From contig CP061211.1 in assembly GCA_026016245.1 (NCBI GenBank), forward strand, positions 480,001-512,000: a DNA stretch of 32,000 nucleotides. Reading direction: 5' to 3'. A program made the position numbers and the translations under genes. The notes beneath the pieces were generated by a model. That model made no database searches and was not told the DNA's origin. It saw only the letters and a program-made list of their open reading frames with translations. Each line of letters opens with the position of its first letter. Positions within the stretch are counted from its first letter, which is position 1. Shown here piece by piece: positions 31,796 to 32,000 of this stretch. Source of the DNA: Candidatus Pacearchaeota archaeon. Lineage in GTDB: Archaea > Nanobdellota > Nanobdellia > Pacearchaeales > UBA284.

Positions 31796-31989
31796 ACAAG
31801 ATCTTTAAGCTCTTCTTTGTAAATGCTCAGAATTTTTGGTTTTAATTTTGATGGAATTCTTGAAGCATAGATTCTAAAGAATTTTTTTCTTAGTTCATCT
31901 TCTCTTGTTAGGGCTTCTTTTAGATATTTTTTCCTGAATTTATCTATAATATATCCTTTTTCTTTATTTCTTAAGGCAAATAAAAGCAT
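31792..31989 (-). CDS. hypothetical protein (may extend past the right edge)
   Basis: 65-aa track ORF. The frame stays open upstream of ATG 31989 to the window end. Confidence 0.35.
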   Translation of the reverse strand: MLLFALRNKEKGYIIDKFRKKYLKEALTREDELRKKFFRIYASRIPSKLKPKILSIYKEELKDLV

Positions 31990-32000
31990 TAAAAGTTCTT

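Noticed and set aside
1-32000. tRNA, rRNA or other canonical structured RNA genes
   Set aside because: I scanned the GC-richer patches (about 4300-4360, 8807-8840, 10081-10100, 27940-28010) and saw no T-loop (GTTCRANYC) or acceptor-stem pairing, and no rRNA-like conserved strings. A covariance-model scan is still needed to be sure.

Overview
This is an AT-rich window (about 30% GC by eye) with dense gene packing. It has A/T-rich TATA-like boxes 23-30 nt upstream of many start codons, some GGAGG-type ribosome-binding sites, and frequent ATGA stop/start overlaps. The gene content (DRG/TGS GTPase, XPD-like Fe-S helicase, XerA-like recombinase, many small winged-helix (wHTH) proteins) suggests a small-genome archaeon, possibly DPANN-like. 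That assignment is an inference, since no search could be run.

Layout:
- 1-10 kb: housekeeping and repair genes (Fic, Cas4-like nuclease, Mpg glycosylase, DRG GTPase, ASCH, XPD-like helicase, cold-shock protein, NUDIX), plus a decayed stretch at 3.3-4.3 kb.
- 10.1-20 kb: a Type I R-M locus (hsdM, hsdS, hsdR) that carries four extra genes. These are a small RHH-like ORF with an operator-like tandem palindrome, a 2-TM coiled-coil protein, a PIN-like nuclease flanked by a duplicated hsdS 5' end, and an antisense AbiTii-like membrane protein. A RadC/JAB gene follows.
- 20-27.9 kb: an orphan-rich, island-like stretch. It holds a three-gene cassette (membrane protein, DGQHR/DndB-like protein, Dam-like methyltransferase) bounded by perfect 26-bp direct repeats. 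It also holds a Zn-finger/GNAT-like gene divergent from a Zn-ribbon protein and a Zn-ribbon PD-(D/E)xK nuclease, and it ends at a tyrosine recombinase.
- 27.9-32 kb: a repeat-dense region with small membrane genes, two convergent coiled-coil/wHTH paralogs around a 430-bp G-rich/C-poor iteron-like spacer, and a Tat-signal protein.

No tRNA, rRNA or CRISPR array was found. All domain calls rest on motif recognition by eye and need HMM or structure confirmation.
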